Source: Raillietiella orientalis
Taxonomy: Eukaryota
Length of the DNA stretch: 64,000 nucleotides
Assembly: GCA_036172245.1 (NCBI GenBank)
Contig: JAYWIR010000078.1
Span: 62,001-126,000, forward strand
Reading direction: 5' to 3'
Below, piece after piece: positions 62,611 through 64,000 of this stretch; position 1 is the first letter of the stretch, and each line of letters opens with the position of its first letter. A model generated the notes under the pieces. That model ran no database searches and was not told the origin of the DNA. It saw nothing but the letters and a program-made list of their open reading frames with translations. The translations under genes were made by a program, and so were the position numbers.

Positions 62611-64000
62611 TCTGAAATGTAAGAAAGTGATCAAACAAGTGAAAGATCATCAAACAAGGAAATTATTTCTGTATTACGCTTGTGAATATTTTGGGCTTCT
62701 TTCCATACATAATTTCTTACAAAATTTCACTTTTCTTATTCATAAAATGTTTTATATTACGCACATGCCCATAGTACATATTTAAATATCTACACATAGA
62801 ACAATTGACCAAAACTACATACATACAAACTGTTAGTCTTTTAACTGGGCTCATAACGTATTAAAGCATAATAACGTCAGACAATGTTTTGCAGGTGCAA
62901 GTTTTTTTTGTTCAAACAGAACTTTTCAAAAACCTATTGGAAAAAAAACCCTGAATCAGTATCTTTTTTTTACAACACTCTGAATCATAACAGCCATTTT
63001 TTCCAACAATTCTTCAGTGCTAATCCTAAAATGATGTGCAGATGCCAACTCTGTTGAGTTTCTTATGAAAAATCTGAAAATCATACTCCACAATGCTGAA
63101 ATCAAACAATACAAATGCTAAAAATCTCTTTATTCCTGCTGTGTTTTGACTAAAATTACTTCCAAGGATTTATTAGAACCTATTAAGTCGGCTGCACTTA
63201 TTAAATTTGTGCGCTACCAAACAATAACGTCTATTCATCACTTTCGAACACAAGGATTAAATAATTTTTTCATCATAAATTTATTGTATCATTACAGTTT
63301 CCAGTGTACACACGTAGACAGAAGAAAATTAACATAAAAAGAAATTAACAAATGCACAAATAAAAATGATTGATCAAAGAATAAAACACATTTGAAGAAG
63401 GAAAAACTTGGAGATTCCGTACCGAAAGAAAAAAAAAGAAAAACAATACATCGCAAGTGATATACCACAATTGATAGATAGAAATGAAAAACTAAAGGCA
63501 AAAATGTTGATGTACAAATAGACTGCTAAAATCCCACATAAAAAAATTCAAGTTTATCGACCAAATGTTTATGTTCACAAACGAGCATTCTTGTTGAGCC
63601 TTTGAAAATATGAATGGGCAGAAAATTGACAAAAAATTAATCAGCATGAGATCACAAACAATATATGCTTATGCAATACTTGACGAAGCTTCATCATCAA
63701 AACTTAAGATGTTCTAAACAGTTCCATTTGCAAATACAAAAGGTAGTTAGAATCTTCCAGTTCTCCCTTTACAACTCCTCATACTACAAAGATAGTTTCT
63801 AAACCTAGGATTCAGTTCCCAATAAAATGTGTAAACTTCCATTTTTGGTGTGTGAGGATCCTATTTTCTCTAGTACTGTGACTAAAGACTGATGGATAAT
63901 TTTTACCATATTCTCTGCATTTATCTTAAAAGCATCACCAATCTGTTTACCGTGTACCTTTTTAATGCAAAAGTGTACTGTAAACAAATGGGATTAACAA

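Overview
Animal (invertebrate-like) nuclear DNA in two parts. (1) 1-27 kb is mostly a mobile-element graveyard. It holds a decayed endogenous CRESS ssDNA virus with all Rep motifs recognisable, a residual origin hairpin and a possible ambisense capsid. It also holds a nest of L1/Tx1-clade non-LTR retrotransposons of two families inserted into each other, and DIRS-like tyrosine-recombinase retroelement remnants around a host TRAX gene. (2) 28-64 kb is AT-rich host DNA with very short introns (39-60 nt), carrying SNX3/12, a PDE10A-like phosphodiesterase, BRMS1-like, ADPGK, EHD1/Past1 and the 3' part of mRpL37. Intronic and intergenic relics here are a Tc1 transposase, a permuted inverted-repeat structure and a GC-rich solo-LTR-like insert. 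The main hits are the CRESS endogenous viral element, and a covarying 3'-terminal RNA structure (two hairpins, AATAAA, then CCCGG-N5-CCGGG) shared by three diverged Tx1-like 3' ends. One of those three is a 169-bp structure-only insertion with a 15-bp target-site duplication. All assignments are by manual translation and motif recognition; no searches were run.
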